DNA of 52,863 nucleotides from a virus. Taxonomy: Duplodnaviria > Caudoviricetes. The DNA lies in the IMG/VR virus record IMGVR_UViG_3300006120_000477, positions 1-52,863 of that record. One strand, written 5' to 3'. Below the pieces are notes generated by a model. That model did no database searches and had not been told where the DNA came from. It saw nothing but the letters and a program-made list of their open reading frames with translations. Made by a program: the position numbers and the translations under genes. Of the stretch, positions 25,949 to 35,209 are shown piece after piece. How positions within the stretch are numbered: the first letter of the stretch is position 1; each line of letters begins with the position of its first letter.

Positions 25949-27400
25949 TTATCTGCTTTTAATTGGGGTATTTAGATTATTTTTCTTCCATTCAAGATAT
26001 TTTTGATACTCTTCTTTAGTCATTTTCATTGTTTTGACTACTGGGCCACCATCATGAATATCCTTCAGTGGTGTGGTGGGCAAACATATTTCCTGGCACA
26101 AATTTGACATACGAATAGGAGCCAAATCCTTGATAAAGGAACCATGATCGTTTGCATGATCAACATTCATAAAATAAATACGACCAGTATCCTTTCGTTC
26201 TTGCATGAATGCAGAAAACAATTCAATCGCAGGAACAACCTTCTTGCGAATCTTCTTGTCCTTTTCATACTTCTCATAGAGAGTTCTGAACTTATCTACG
26301 TCAACGAAAAACGAATCATAAAGATCAGGCACATCACTTGGAGAAAACAAAGTAATATTTCCACCAGAGAGCAACCGTTCATACATTACCTTATTGAACT
26401 GAACAGAATAATCTAGATGACGAATACGATTATCTTCAGTTCCCTTGTTGTTCTTAAGGACAAGAAGATCCTCCACTTCGTAATGCCAAAGGGGGTAATG
26501 GAGCGTCGCTGCCCCGGACCTTGTGCCGCCTTGCGAGCACGACTTAACCGCACTCTGAAAATACTTGTAAAAGGGTATGACGCCAGTATGAGAAGTGTCA
26601 CCATTACGGACGGGAGAACCAATAGCCCTAATCCTACCAGCACCAATGCCGATTCCAGCCTTTTGTGAAACATATTTTACAATGGCCGATGATGTAGCAT
26701 TGATTGAGTCCAATGAATCATCGGTTTCGATAAGTACGCAAGAACTAAATTGGCGCTGAGGCGACCTGACTCCTGCCATGATTGGAGTAGGAAGACTGAT
26801 ATCAAAAGTGCTGATTGCATCGTATAGTTCCTTTACCCACTTGAGTCGATCTTTGGTGTAGTTCTGAAAGAGAGTCATGGCAATCAACATGAAAGCCATC
26901 TGAGGAGTTTCATAGAACTGACCGGTTACGCGATTCTTGATTAGATACTTGCCTCGGAATTGTTCCATCGCAGCATATGTGAGAAGATTGTCTCGGTCAT
27001 GATCAATATACTGACCGAGTTCTAACCATTCTTCTGCTGAGTAAGCATGTTTAATCTCCGAGTCATAATAACCCCGGTTCATTACTACTTGGTAATGATA
27101 GTTCAGAGGTTCTGGGTTATATTTACCATAGACTTCCTTACGAAGATGATAGTTAATCAATCGGCCAGCAACATATTGATAATTAGGAGATTCTTCTGAG
27201 ATTAGATCTGCAGCAGCCTTGATCAGAGTTTCCTGAATGGCAGAAGTAGTAATTCCTGTATAAAACTGCAAATGGCTATTATGCTCAAGATCAGAGATTG
27301 ATACTCCACTTAGTCCCTCACATGCCCATCCCACAACCTTATGAATCTTCTCAATATTCAAAGATTCCTTAGTGCCGTCTCTTTTAGTAACCTGAACCAT
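25949..27400 (-). CDS. nrdA: Ribonucleotide reductase alpha subunit, N-terminal fragment (NrdA-a)
   Basis: ATP cone VTKRDG, PTPIMAG, QFSSC, SQGG, SNLCQEI. Confidence 0.92.
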   Translation of the reverse strand: MVQVTKRDGTKESLNIEKIHKVVGWACEGLSGVSISDLEHNSHLQFYTGITTSAIQETLIKAAADLISEESPNYQYVAGRLINYHLRKEVYGKYNPEPLNYHYQVVMNRGYYDSEIKHAYSAEEWLELGQYIDHDRDNLLTYAAMEQFRGKYLIKNRVTGQFYETPQMAFMLIAMTLFQNYTKDRLKWVKELYDAISTFDISLPTPIMAGVRSPQRQFSSCVLIETDDSLDSINATSSAIVKYVSQKAGIGIGAGRIRAIGSPVRNGDTSHTGVIPFYKYFQSAVKSCSQGGTRSGAATLHYPLWHYEVEDLLVLKNNKGTEDNRIRHLDYSVQFNKVMYERLLSGGNITLFSPSDVPDLYDSFFVDVDKFRTLYEKYEKDKKIRKKVVPAIELFSAFMQERKDTGRIYFMNVDHANDHGSFIKDLAPIRMSNLCQEICLPTTPLKDIHDGGPVVKTMKMTKEEYQKYLEWKKNNLNTPIKSR

Positions 27401-27445
27401 TCATATTCCTCATTATTGAAAGCATATTCTATATATATTAATTTA

Positions 27446-27607
27446 TTATTGCCAGTGCCTAATTACACCACAGATAATGACAAGATTCGTAATGATGGAC
27501 TGAACAATCAGAATAGTGCGAACAATTCCAACTTGATCCGATTCACGATCACAGTCGCTGGCTTTCTCGCCAAGTGCTTTAAACCAGATTCTCTTAAATC
27601 TATTCAT
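27446..27607 (-). CDS. Small membrane protein (53 aa)
   Basis: Manual ORF MNRFKRIWFKALGEKA...VIRHWQ. Confidence 0.65.
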   Translation of the reverse strand: MNRFKRIWFKALGEKASDCDRESDQVGIVRTILIVQSIITNLVIICGVIRHWQ

Positions 27608-27821
27608 CTTTAGACTCTACTTCAATCGCATCAAAATTATATTTATGGGTTACATCTACAAACTCAGATAATACCACAGAACCATCATCATGAAGTTGCC
27701 ATTCTAGTAAAGTTTCTTCATCCCAACCCATCTGATTCAGAAGTTCTGGTGGAAACTCTAGATAGCATTCTCCATTTATATCTTCTTTTACAATCGAAGT
27801 AAAGACTTTTTTGTCAGTCAT
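27600..27821 (-). CDS. AbrB/MazE-like swapped-hairpin protein
   Basis: LEFPPELLNQMGWDEETLLEW. Confidence 0.6.
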   Translation of the reverse strand: MTDKKVFTSIVKEDINGECYLEFPPELLNQMGWDEETLLEWQLHDDGSVVLSEFVDVTHKYNFDAIEVESKDE

Positions 27822-27972
27822 CTTTGTTTTCCTTACAATTAGGTACACCAAAAAGCAACAGCAGCAGAAACCACCAAGCATTATCTGTGTGCCAGAATAG
27901 AGCAGTAGAAGCAGTAAGCAATGCAATATTCTGAATAACAGCCATGGTCCAAATGATAGACTTCTCAGACAT
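27814..27972 (-). CDS. Small membrane protein (52 aa)
   Basis: Manual ORF MSEKSIIWTMAVIQNIALLT...WWFLLLLLFG. Confidence 0.55.
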   Translation of the reverse strand: MSEKSIIWTMAVIQNIALLTASTALFWHTDNAWWFLLLLLFGVPNCKENKDD

Positions 27973-28168
27973 TTTTCATCCTATCTTCTTTTATCAATCT
28001 GCCAATTTCTTTTTGCAGCAGAGTGTATATGCCATTCTTCCCGGTAAGTGCATCTTGAATCCGATCTAGTTCAGCAACAGTTTCTGCTTCTACCATAAGA
28101 CGATCAGCAACTTCTTTTAGAACGCCAAGAAACGTCTGTAAAAGTTCAACTGCTTCTTTGTCAGTCAT
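27965..28168 (-). CDS. Hypothetical protein
   Basis: 67 aa, coupled ORF. Confidence 0.6.
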   Translation of the reverse strand: MTDKEAVELLQTFLGVLKEVADRLMVEAETVAELDRIQDALTGKNGIYTLLQKEIGRLIKEDRMKNV

Positions 28169-28491
28169 ATCAAATCCGATCTTAGATATACAAGTTCTCT
28201 TTCCAAACTAGAAATATCATCATGCAACTGTATAACTTCCGCCTGCAACTCTTTGATTAGTTTCAACAGATAGGGGGCGCAAGTGTGGGAATGAACAGAA
28301 CCATCAGGAATCTCTTCATGGCAGACGCTGCATGTTACTTTGACTGTTGATGCTATTGTTGCTTGATAAACTACTTCTTTGTTTGATCTAGTAAGAAAGA
28401 ACTCATCGTGCCAGTTACACCCACCACAATGTCCATTTTGAACTACAGGAGATGTGGCTCCACACTTTGAACATCTTTCAAGATTACTCAT
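28165..28491 (-). CDS. Hypothetical Cys-rich/coiled-coil protein
   Basis: CxxC motifs and C-terminal heptads. Confidence 0.6.
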   Translation of the reverse strand: MSNLERCSKCGATSPVVQNGHCGGCNWHDEFFLTRSNKEVVYQATIASTVKVTCSVCHEEIPDGSVHSHTCAPYLLKLIKELQAEVIQLHDDISSLERELVYLRSDLI

Positions 28492-29152
28492 CTTTCATTG
28501 CCTCCACAATATCAGGAAACTGTTCCGTAATGATTTCCCAGCACTGTTCTGCAACAATACGATGTTCCCTCTGTGTTTCTGGGGCCATCCTAAGTATGCA
28601 ATAGTGGATCCAACTCCGAAGTGAACCCTTCATAATGAGAACAGATTCAGTTAGACCCTCAGGGAGAACTGATCTTGCCTGTTCCTTAGCAATGCCATGA
28701 TCGATTGCCCACCTATATGATTTCAATGCTTCGTTTTTGACAATATTTTGAGCATCAGCCCATAATGCTTCTAAATGATCATCACTAACCTCAACACTAT
28801 TCTGACGATTCTTCGGGTCCTGCAACCGTGCTTCACGAGTAACAAAGTTTAAATCCTTGGTAGGATCGGCATAGCGTTGGCTGTATTCCTGAAATACAAA
28901 AGAACGATGCCGCAACATCTGTCGAGCAATATCTCTAGTTGTGCGAACTTCTAGTGACACATCGACCATTTCAAGTGGACTAAAGTGCTTATGAGTGATC
29001 AGATATTTTAGCAGCTTGGGGGCTGATTGATGGTTCTGCTGATTGCCGGGATTACTAATCCTAGCACACCATGCAATTAGTTCCTGAGCACTTACACAGC
29101 CGGTATAATCATAATCAGGCTGTGTGATACTTACCAAATTTACTTCAGACAT
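28484..29152 (-). CDS. thyX: Flavin-dependent thymidylate synthase
   Basis: HFSPLE, RHRSFVFQEYSQRY, EQARSVLP, TQREHR. Confidence 0.93.
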   Translation of the reverse strand: MSEVNLVSITQPDYDYTGCVSAQELIAWCARISNPGNQQNHQSAPKLLKYLITHKHFSPLEMVDVSLEVRTTRDIARQMLRHRSFVFQEYSQRYADPTKDLNFVTREARLQDPKNRQNSVEVSDDHLEALWADAQNIVKNEALKSYRWAIDHGIAKEQARSVLPEGLTESVLIMKGSLRSWIHYCILRMAPETQREHRIVAEQCWEIITEQFPDIVEAMKDE

Positions 29153-29388
29153 TAAAATTCCACTCCTAGTTCATCTTGATGTGTTGTGAGTCCATACTGC
29201 TCGTGATTTATATAGTGATTGCACCTAGTGTAGCGTTCTGGATCATAAACCTTCCACCAGAACCAACTCCAAAACCATTTATACTTGAATCTTTCCCATC
29301 GTGTAGTATTCCTCACATAATCACACCTAGACGGTTTGGTGTAAGATTCTCCGATAACATTATTTGCAAATCCGTCAGAATTATTCAT
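29152..29388 (-). CDS. Hypothetical protein
   Basis: ATGA-coupled to primase stop; Trp-rich. Confidence 0.5.
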   Translation of the reverse strand: MNNSDGFANNVIGESYTKPSRCDYVRNTTRWERFKYKWFWSWFWWKVYDPERYTRCNHYINHEQYGLTTHQDELGVEF

Positions 29389-30440
29389 TTTCGTCTCCAT
29401 CCCAATCGTAGTTCTCTTCCTAAATCTCCAACTTTCTGCCAAGCACCAAACCTAAGTTTAGCCATGGGACCTCTATATGTATTAGCGTCAATAATCGCCT
29501 TTGGATTCATATTATTATTAACCATATCATTAATGTCCTTGTGTGTCAAGTCATTTGGCCATATGCACACAGAATAATCATCCTCAATCGCTTTTCTAAT
29601 CTTATTGACAATCTGAACATTCCTAGATTCATTATCAAAACAAATAACTGTATTATTTTTATCCAGAAAATCAAATATTACATCAGAACCGGCCATAGCC
29701 AGACAATTTGGAATAAAAAGAGAATCCAAAGGACCTTCCACTAAATATGTTTTCTGATCTCTTTTCCATTGATCCAGACCATATATTTTAGTCATATCGG
29801 AATCAATCATAATGGTTATATATCGTAGTTCATTATTAGGATCAAATGTTCTTCCCTGATATCCAAACATATTACCATATTGATCAAAAAACGGTATCAA
29901 TAATCTAGGTTCATCACCATTCTTCAAATTGAATTTATCGGGAATAATTGAATTTGTCCATGCAAAAAACTTAGGAACATAATAAAGCCTAAAATGTTGG
30001 CTAGATGGAATGCCGCGAGATTCAACATATGCCTTAGCTGGATGGCCAACAGGAAGTTGAGAAATCTTCTTTAATCCCTTTAGATAATCATCTCTCTTTG
30101 GCTTAAGAATATATTGTTCTGCAACAGGCTTTTCTGTTTCTCTATTCGAAGAATTATTATCTGTGAAACACTCCAGATCATATTCCTTACGGAGTTCTGG
30201 ATTAAATTCACTTAATAAACTCTTCATGTTCCTAGTGATACCACAGTTGAAACACTTGGCAAGAATACAATCTTTATGTTGATAAAGATGGAATCGTTTC
30301 TTGTAAAGATTCTTCTTGGAATCTCCACAGACAGGACATCTACTAAATGCCTTAAAAGGACTACTAGACTTTACTTGATATTGAGGTAACTGAGAACTCA
30401 ACATAGATAAATACTTCAAATCAATCCAAAACGCCATCAA
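29385..30440 (-). CDS. 61: DNA primase (gp61)
   Basis: CPVCGDS..CFNC zinc finger, YQGR, VEGPLDSLF, FDNE, KDIND. Confidence 0.93.
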   Translation of the reverse strand: MMAFWIDLKYLSMLSSQLPQYQVKSSSPFKAFSRCPVCGDSKKNLYKKRFHLYQHKDCILAKCFNCGITRNMKSLLSEFNPELRKEYDLECFTDNNSSNRETEKPVAEQYILKPKRDDYLKGLKKISQLPVGHPAKAYVESRGIPSSQHFRLYYVPKFFAWTNSIIPDKFNLKNGDEPRLLIPFFDQYGNMFGYQGRTFDPNNELRYITIMIDSDMTKIYGLDQWKRDQKTYLVEGPLDSLFIPNCLAMAGSDVIFDFLDKNNTVICFDNESRNVQIVNKIRKAIEDDYSVCIWPNDLTHKDINDMVNNNMNPKAIIDANTYRGPMAKLRFGAWQKVGDLGRELRLGWRRK

Positions 30441-30474
30441 ATATCCTTTACATAAATTATGCAGCGATATTATC

Positions 30475-30502
30475 AGTATATCATGTCTGAGAAATGTGTC
30501 AA
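30475..30502 (-). promoter_or_regulatory. Sigma70-like promoter for the primase-thyX-nrd block
   Basis: TTGACA-N16-TATACT. Confidence 0.6.
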
Positions 30503-30515
30503 GTCATTTAAGAAA

Positions 30516-30881
30516 TTATTTGCTGTTGAGTGTCCAACCAAACACAGAAGTAATCTGAGAAACGATGAATCCGACGATAGTCGCTGCACCAACAACTATC
30601 CACCGCCATTTATCAATATCATTCAGTTTTGTGTCTATCTTATTAAGAATATCATTTTGAGCATTGATTTGCTCATCAAGTTGCTTCTTCAAAGTAAGAA
30701 GATCTTCTTTTAATTCTTGTCTAAGATCTTCCATACGGTCGTAAACTCTATTATTGCTTTGGGAGCTTTCTTCACGATGCTTCTCTAAAGAGTCTTGCAT
30801 CTTCTCAAGACTTGCATAGTTTCGCTTTAAGTCTTGCTCGACCAATGATATTCTAGTTTCTTGAGAAATGGTCATAGTCAC
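30516..30881 (-). CDS. Coiled-coil protein with C-terminal TM helix
   Basis: Heptad repeats then KWRWIVVGAATIVGFIV. Confidence 0.7.
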   Translation of the reverse strand: MTMTISQETRISLVEQDLKRNYASLEKMQDSLEKHREESSQSNNRVYDRMEDLRQELKEDLLTLKKQLDEQINAQNDILNKIDTKLNDIDKWRWIVVGAATIVGFIVSQITSVFGWTLNSK

Positions 30882-31747
30882 CTCTTTTTATTGGGTTTTA
30901 CTAAATCATTCTCAATATTTTTCACAAGATTATTTTCTTTGGATTGTGTGGTAAATCCAGTTGGATTCTTTTCAGTCTGTGCATTGGCTTTAACCAACTC
31001 TTTTTGTTCTGGCTTAGTTTCTTCATGGCATCTCCAGCGACGAAGTGACATTGCTTTACGAGTTGGCCTGCCTTTATCATCTTTCATTGGACCGGGCATA
31101 CCAGACATTCTTGCACAAAATGATTTGCGGCGCTTTCCAGATTTTGAATCTGGATCTACATGTTTTGCTGTAACTGCAGTATGAACACCAAAATGTTCTG
31201 CTCCTTTACGAGTTAACCCTGCACCAGATTCTGTTGAGCGATAATATCCTTTAGAATCTGCACCACGTTCTAAGAGAGTTTCTTCATTAGCAGGAACACA
31301 GTTAGGAACTTCTTTTTTGCCCTTCTTCTTCATACCTACCATCTCATATCCCTTCCAGCAGGGATCTGAGTCTTCTTTGGTCATGAAGGATTCTGGTGGA
31401 ACAGTCTGATTTCCGCCTTTAACTCCAGTCTTCTTTTCAAAGTCTTTGAATCCAACTACCGTTTCAATTTTACGGGGAGAAGTTTCTTCAGTTTTTACTT
31501 CTCTAGTTCTAATAGCACGAGCATGTAAAGATGGTGTAGAAGGTCTAGTAGACTTAACGATTTGTTGCTGTCTTTTCTTTGAAACAGGAACCGTGGTATT
31601 GTCATCACCAGTACCAGATACCCCTCTAGTATTAGTAGTAGGAACCGCTGAAGATCCGGGATTTGAAGCAGCAGACGCAGTGGCACCCATTGCACCACCG
31701 AAGCCACCCGCACCATCTTCTCCAATAAATTCTCTAAAACTCTTCAT
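30878..31747 (-). CDS. Probable internal head protein, multi-module
   Basis: MKSFREFIGE; PCWKGY..VPNCVP; RRKSFCARM..LRRWRC. Confidence 0.7.
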   Translation of the reverse strand: MKSFREFIGEDGAGGFGGAMGATASAASNPGSSAVPTTNTRGVSGTGDDNTTVPVSKKRQQQIVKSTRPSTPSLHARAIRTREVKTEETSPRKIETVVGFKDFEKKTGVKGGNQTVPPESFMTKEDSDPCWKGYEMVGMKKKGKKEVPNCVPANEETLLERGADSKGYYRSTESGAGLTRKGAEHFGVHTAVTAKHVDPDSKSGKRRKSFCARMSGMPGPMKDDKGRPTRKAMSLRRWRCHEETKPEQKELVKANAQTEKNPTGFTTQSKENNLVKNIENDLVKPNKKR

Positions 31748-32136
31748 ATCTTATTCAATGCCTTCTTTATATAATCATCAGCCATTATATCATAACAGTT
31801 GATGGTTTTACCATAGAAACCTATTTTTTCAACTTCTTTGGGCAAGTATCCCAAAAATTCTAGAAATGGTTTTAAACAACGATGATGTTCTTCTAATCTA
31901 AAGAATAACATTCTTGTTGTTGCTACTACACCAAATACATTGTATAAGATAATAATATGATTTAATATCAAACGATCTTTTAGATCACCAGTCTCTTCAT
32001 ATTTATTAAATAATCTTTTTATATATTTGAACCGCCTTAAGTCTGACATAAACTCTTCAGTATCAAAGCAACCCGGATTGTTATAATGTTTAGCCCCGTA
32101 TAGAACAAAGTTGGTTTCATCTAATTTATCAAACAT
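31744..32136 (-). CDS. Conserved T4-like hypothetical protein
   Basis: KHYNNP..EF..DL.RFKYIKRL..RLILNHIIILYNVFG. Confidence 0.75.
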   Translation of the reverse strand: MFDKLDETNFVLYGAKHYNNPGCFDTEEFMSDLRRFKYIKRLFNKYEETGDLKDRLILNHIIILYNVFGVVATTRMLFFRLEEHHRCLKPFLEFLGYLPKEVEKIGFYGKTINCYDIMADDYIKKALNKI

Positions 32137-32384
32137 TATGACAATCTTATTCTAACAATCCCGTTGCTGTCGTAATAAAGATTATTTATATTAACACTAT
32201 TACTATTGGCGACTGCATCATTAGCAAAGGGGCCGGACAAACCGACCCCTGCATTTTTATATAGATTATTAGCATATAGAGCATATGTGTTACCATCTGC
32301 TCTTTGAAGAACAAAGAGGTCTGAGTTTGCTACAGTCGATGTATTAGACGTAGATATTATATCGCTATATTTCTTCCCAGCCAT
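32136..32384 (-). CDS. Hypothetical protein, possibly structural
   Basis: 82 aa, Asn/Ser-rich. Confidence 0.6.
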   Translation of the reverse strand: MAGKKYSDIISTSNTSTVANSDLFVLQRADGNTYALYANNLYKNAGVGLSGPFANDAVANSNSVNINNLYYDSNGIVRIRLS

Positions 32385-32397
32385 CTTATATTCTCAA

Positions 32398-33531
32398 TTA
32401 TACTAGAGTTGAACCACCAGTTGGTGAAGAAGAATTATTACCCATCTTTTGAACACAGGCCAGAACTTCATAACGCTTACGACCAGCATGGCCACCCATT
32501 GTACTAATGGTAATTGAACCACCGGTTGATGCAACGAGATTGGCTGTAGTAAATGTTGCGCCAGAACCTGTGCCATTAGCAATGCCATTGGCAGCATATA
32601 TTGTTATAACAACCTGATTATTTGCGGTGGTATTTGCAAATGTTCCAGTCTTGCTGAATGTAAATGTTAGAGAGCCTCCAGTTGTGTTTGTTGAAACATT
32701 GGCTGTGGCATTAATGATTGAGTTTGAAACAACAACATAGTCTGTGTTTGAATATCCTGTTGCTGTTCCTGTGTAGTTGATGTTTGCAGCATGTTTTTCA
32801 CGATTGAAGCCAGCAACAACAGATGATGTGTTGGGGAAGCCAGCACCACCATAAACGACGGAAGATGATACAAGATTTCCTGTGGCATTTGTTGTTAATG
32901 TTGCAGTGCCATTTGCTGAACCATTTGAAAAAGTAATGGTATCACCATTAGCAAAACCAACACCAGCGGATACGGTTAAACCAGTAACAGGACCAGTTCC
33001 AATTGTCTCAAGAACCCATCCGGGGGTTAATCCGGGTGAACTTCCCTTAGATGATTCGATTGTCAGAATTTCATCAGTTGATACGCCATATAAACCAATA
33101 GTTAGATTGTTGATGAATGCGCCTTCAGTATTATTAGCATAAAGCTCTGCACCAGCAACTCTGGTATCTACAGTTGCAGAAAAGCCAGTTGCAGTCGAGT
33201 TTCCAGATGCAGTACCAAATGTGGTATTGGTAATTGCATACTGAAGATTGGCAGCACCTGCACTGAAAGATCCGGGAAGGAATTTGCTTACGCTCTGAAT
33301 ATATCCAGTTGCATTTGTGAATAGAGCATATGCGGCATTGGCATAAGTTGTGCCGGGAGTGCCGACATTAACTCGTAATACGTCATTATTTGAGTATCCA
33401 GCACCGCTTGGAAACACTACTTTTGATGCGGGTCCAACATGTTCATATGCCTGAACATAATTTGGATTCGCCAGAACACCTTTATACTTAGGTGCATTAT
33501 TGGCTTGATCGACATTTCCCCATAAACTCAT
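32398..33531 (-). CDS. Probable virion structural/decoration protein
   Basis: MSLWG start, G/T/N/A-rich beta repeats, PGWV..GRKRYEVL. Confidence 0.65.
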   Translation of the reverse strand: MSLWGNVDQANNAPKYKGVLANPNYVQAYEHVGPASKVVFPSGAGYSNNDVLRVNVGTPGTTYANAAYALFTNATGYIQSVSKFLPGSFSAGAANLQYAITNTTFGTASGNSTATGFSATVDTRVAGAELYANNTEGAFINNLTIGLYGVSTDEILTIESSKGSSPGLTPGWVLETIGTGPVTGLTVSAGVGFANGDTITFSNGSANGTATLTTNATGNLVSSSVVYGGAGFPNTSSVVAGFNREKHAANINYTGTATGYSNTDYVVVSNSIINATANVSTNTTGGSLTFTFSKTGTFANTTANNQVVITIYAANGIANGTGSGATFTTANLVASTGGSITISTMGGHAGRKRYEVLACVQKMGNNSSSPTGGSTLV

Positions 33532-33542
33532 TATAGTTCTCC

Positions 33543-34757
33543 TTAAACTTTGTACTTATCTAGATAGTCCATGAAATTTAGCTTACCCATTTCAACATTC
33601 ATCCAATCCTGACGTTGTTCAGGTGTAACGATTGAAATGTTTGTGGCTTCTTCATAGAGTGCGCGCTTTCTGAACGATTCTGCCATAACATCAGCAATAG
33701 CAGACTCTAGGGCAGGAACGCGCTTAGTAATTCCTGTTGTATTATATGCCTCACCAGTCTTACCAGCAACTACATGAGTTGTAGTTCCAGTTGGTTTTGA
33801 AGGCGCAGTTGACTTTTCTGAAGTCTTTTTGTATATTTCGCCTTCTTTGCCGGGAACGACATCTGATAGAGATGTATCAAGTTGATCTGCTTCTGTTTCT
33901 TCAGTAGCATTTACTTTGGCCTGACCAGATAGCTTTTTTAATCCAGTATCAATGCCTCTAAATCTATTGTGTTTTTTCACAAATGCCCTATCATATTTTT
34001 TTGCCCCTTCTGGATCGTTTGCTCCGGGTGCAGTAGCATCAAAATTTGCAACTTCCGTTCCACGCTGTATAGCCATATCTACAGCAGCCTTTTTAACGTG
34101 TTTTGCAACAAATTCTTTCGATAATTCATCAATCTGTTCGGCTTCTTCATTAACCTTAGAGACTAACTTTCCACGTTTAACATGGAAATTCTTAGTTGTG
34201 TATTCAGCAGTATCTGTGGCATCTTCTCTGCCTTCTCTACCATCACCATGATAAGAAACTGGACCTTCACCCAGATGCTTGCCATCATGATAATGATGGA
34301 CTGAGTGTTCTTGCCATTCGGGATTATAGCGAACTTCAGCATGATGTCCGTCAGTTCCAACATGCCGAGAAATCAGACGAGTTCCTGCGATTGGGCTGGG
34401 AGCCTTGGCTTCAGCGATAGATTCTTCATGAGTCTTTACAGGCTTAACAATTGAAGTTTGCTTTTTATCTTTGACTGGCTTTGCATCAGTTGGTGAATGT
34501 GATGTGGTATCATATGTCTCGCCCTTACCAGAATCTTCTTTCATATGCTTGGCACGAATCTTGGCTAGAATTGCACCAGCTACTTTCTTACCACGTTCAG
34601 CAGATCCATATTCTTCACCAGCAGACTTAGCAATCTTAGCAAAGTTCTTACCGGGCTTTCCTAGATCCTTACCAGCGGCACCAGCCTTGGCCGAATAGGC
34701 AGATTCCTCGAACTTTTCACGAGCTTCTCTAAGGGTCATTTTCTTTTTATCGGACAT
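33543..34757 (-). CDS. Probable internal head protein, multi-module
   Basis: GKDLGKPGKNFAKIA; repeated xxE linker motifs; late promoter upstream. Confidence 0.65.
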   Translation of the reverse strand: MSDKKKMTLREAREKFEESAYSAKAGAAGKDLGKPGKNFAKIAKSAGEEYGSAERGKKVAGAILAKIRAKHMKEDSGKGETYDTTSHSPTDAKPVKDKKQTSIVKPVKTHEESIAEAKAPSPIAGTRLISRHVGTDGHHAEVRYNPEWQEHSVHHYHDGKHLGEGPVSYHGDGREGREDATDTAEYTTKNFHVKRGKLVSKVNEEAEQIDELSKEFVAKHVKKAAVDMAIQRGTEVANFDATAPGANDPEGAKKYDRAFVKKHNRFRGIDTGLKKLSGQAKVNATEETEADQLDTSLSDVVPGKEGEIYKKTSEKSTAPSKPTGTTTHVVAGKTGEAYNTTGITKRVPALESAIADVMAESFRKRALYEEATNISIVTPEQRQDWMNVEMGKLNFMDYLDKYKV

Positions 34758-34793
34758 TCTACTCTCCCTGAGGATTTTATATTTTCTATTCTG

Positions 34794-34801
34794 TATTTAT
34801 A
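34794..34801 (-). promoter_or_regulatory. T4-type late promoter
   Basis: TATAAATA. Confidence 0.7.
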
Positions 34802-34812
34802 ATTTTTGAAAC

Positions 34813-35208
34813 TCAGTCGTAATCGTGATGTTCCGCATCGACATGAGTTTCTCCGCGCAATCTAGCAGCCATAACTGCATGATGACCATCATCAATATAA
34901 TGTTTTCCACCATGAGTAATGACTTTGATATGATCTGGATTTTTATTAGCGATCTTATCTCTCAACTTCTTCTTATCATCTACTCGCATTACCAGATTAG
35001 TTGGTTTCAGATCTTTAATTCTAAATCTCTGCCTAGAAATCTTTGGAGTTTTGGTTTTTGCAGCATCTTCGATTTCAGCTTCATGCTCTTCAAAATCCGG
35101 AGTTTTGATAGGAATATGCCCATTCTTGCCACGCATTCGACCAATCCTATTCGCAAACTTTTCAGGATCGACTTTAGATTCTTTCAGAAATTCAGCAAAA
35201 GATAACAT
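34813..35208 (-). CDS. ParB/Srx-like domain protein with head-cargo-type N-terminus
   Basis: MLSFAEFLKES; YIDDGHHAVMAA. Confidence 0.6.
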   Translation of the reverse strand: MLSFAEFLKESKVDPEKFANRIGRMRGKNGHIPIKTPDFEEHEAEIEDAAKTKTPKISRQRFRIKDLKPTNLVMRVDDKKKLRDKIANKNPDHIKVITHGGKHYIDDGHHAVMAARLRGETHVDAEHHDYD

Positions 35209-35209
35209 A

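Noticed and set aside
25230-26050. Split intein or group I intron explaining the nrdA break
   Set aside because: The tails lack Cys1 and His-Asn intein motifs, and there is no non-coding room or P7 element for an intron core.
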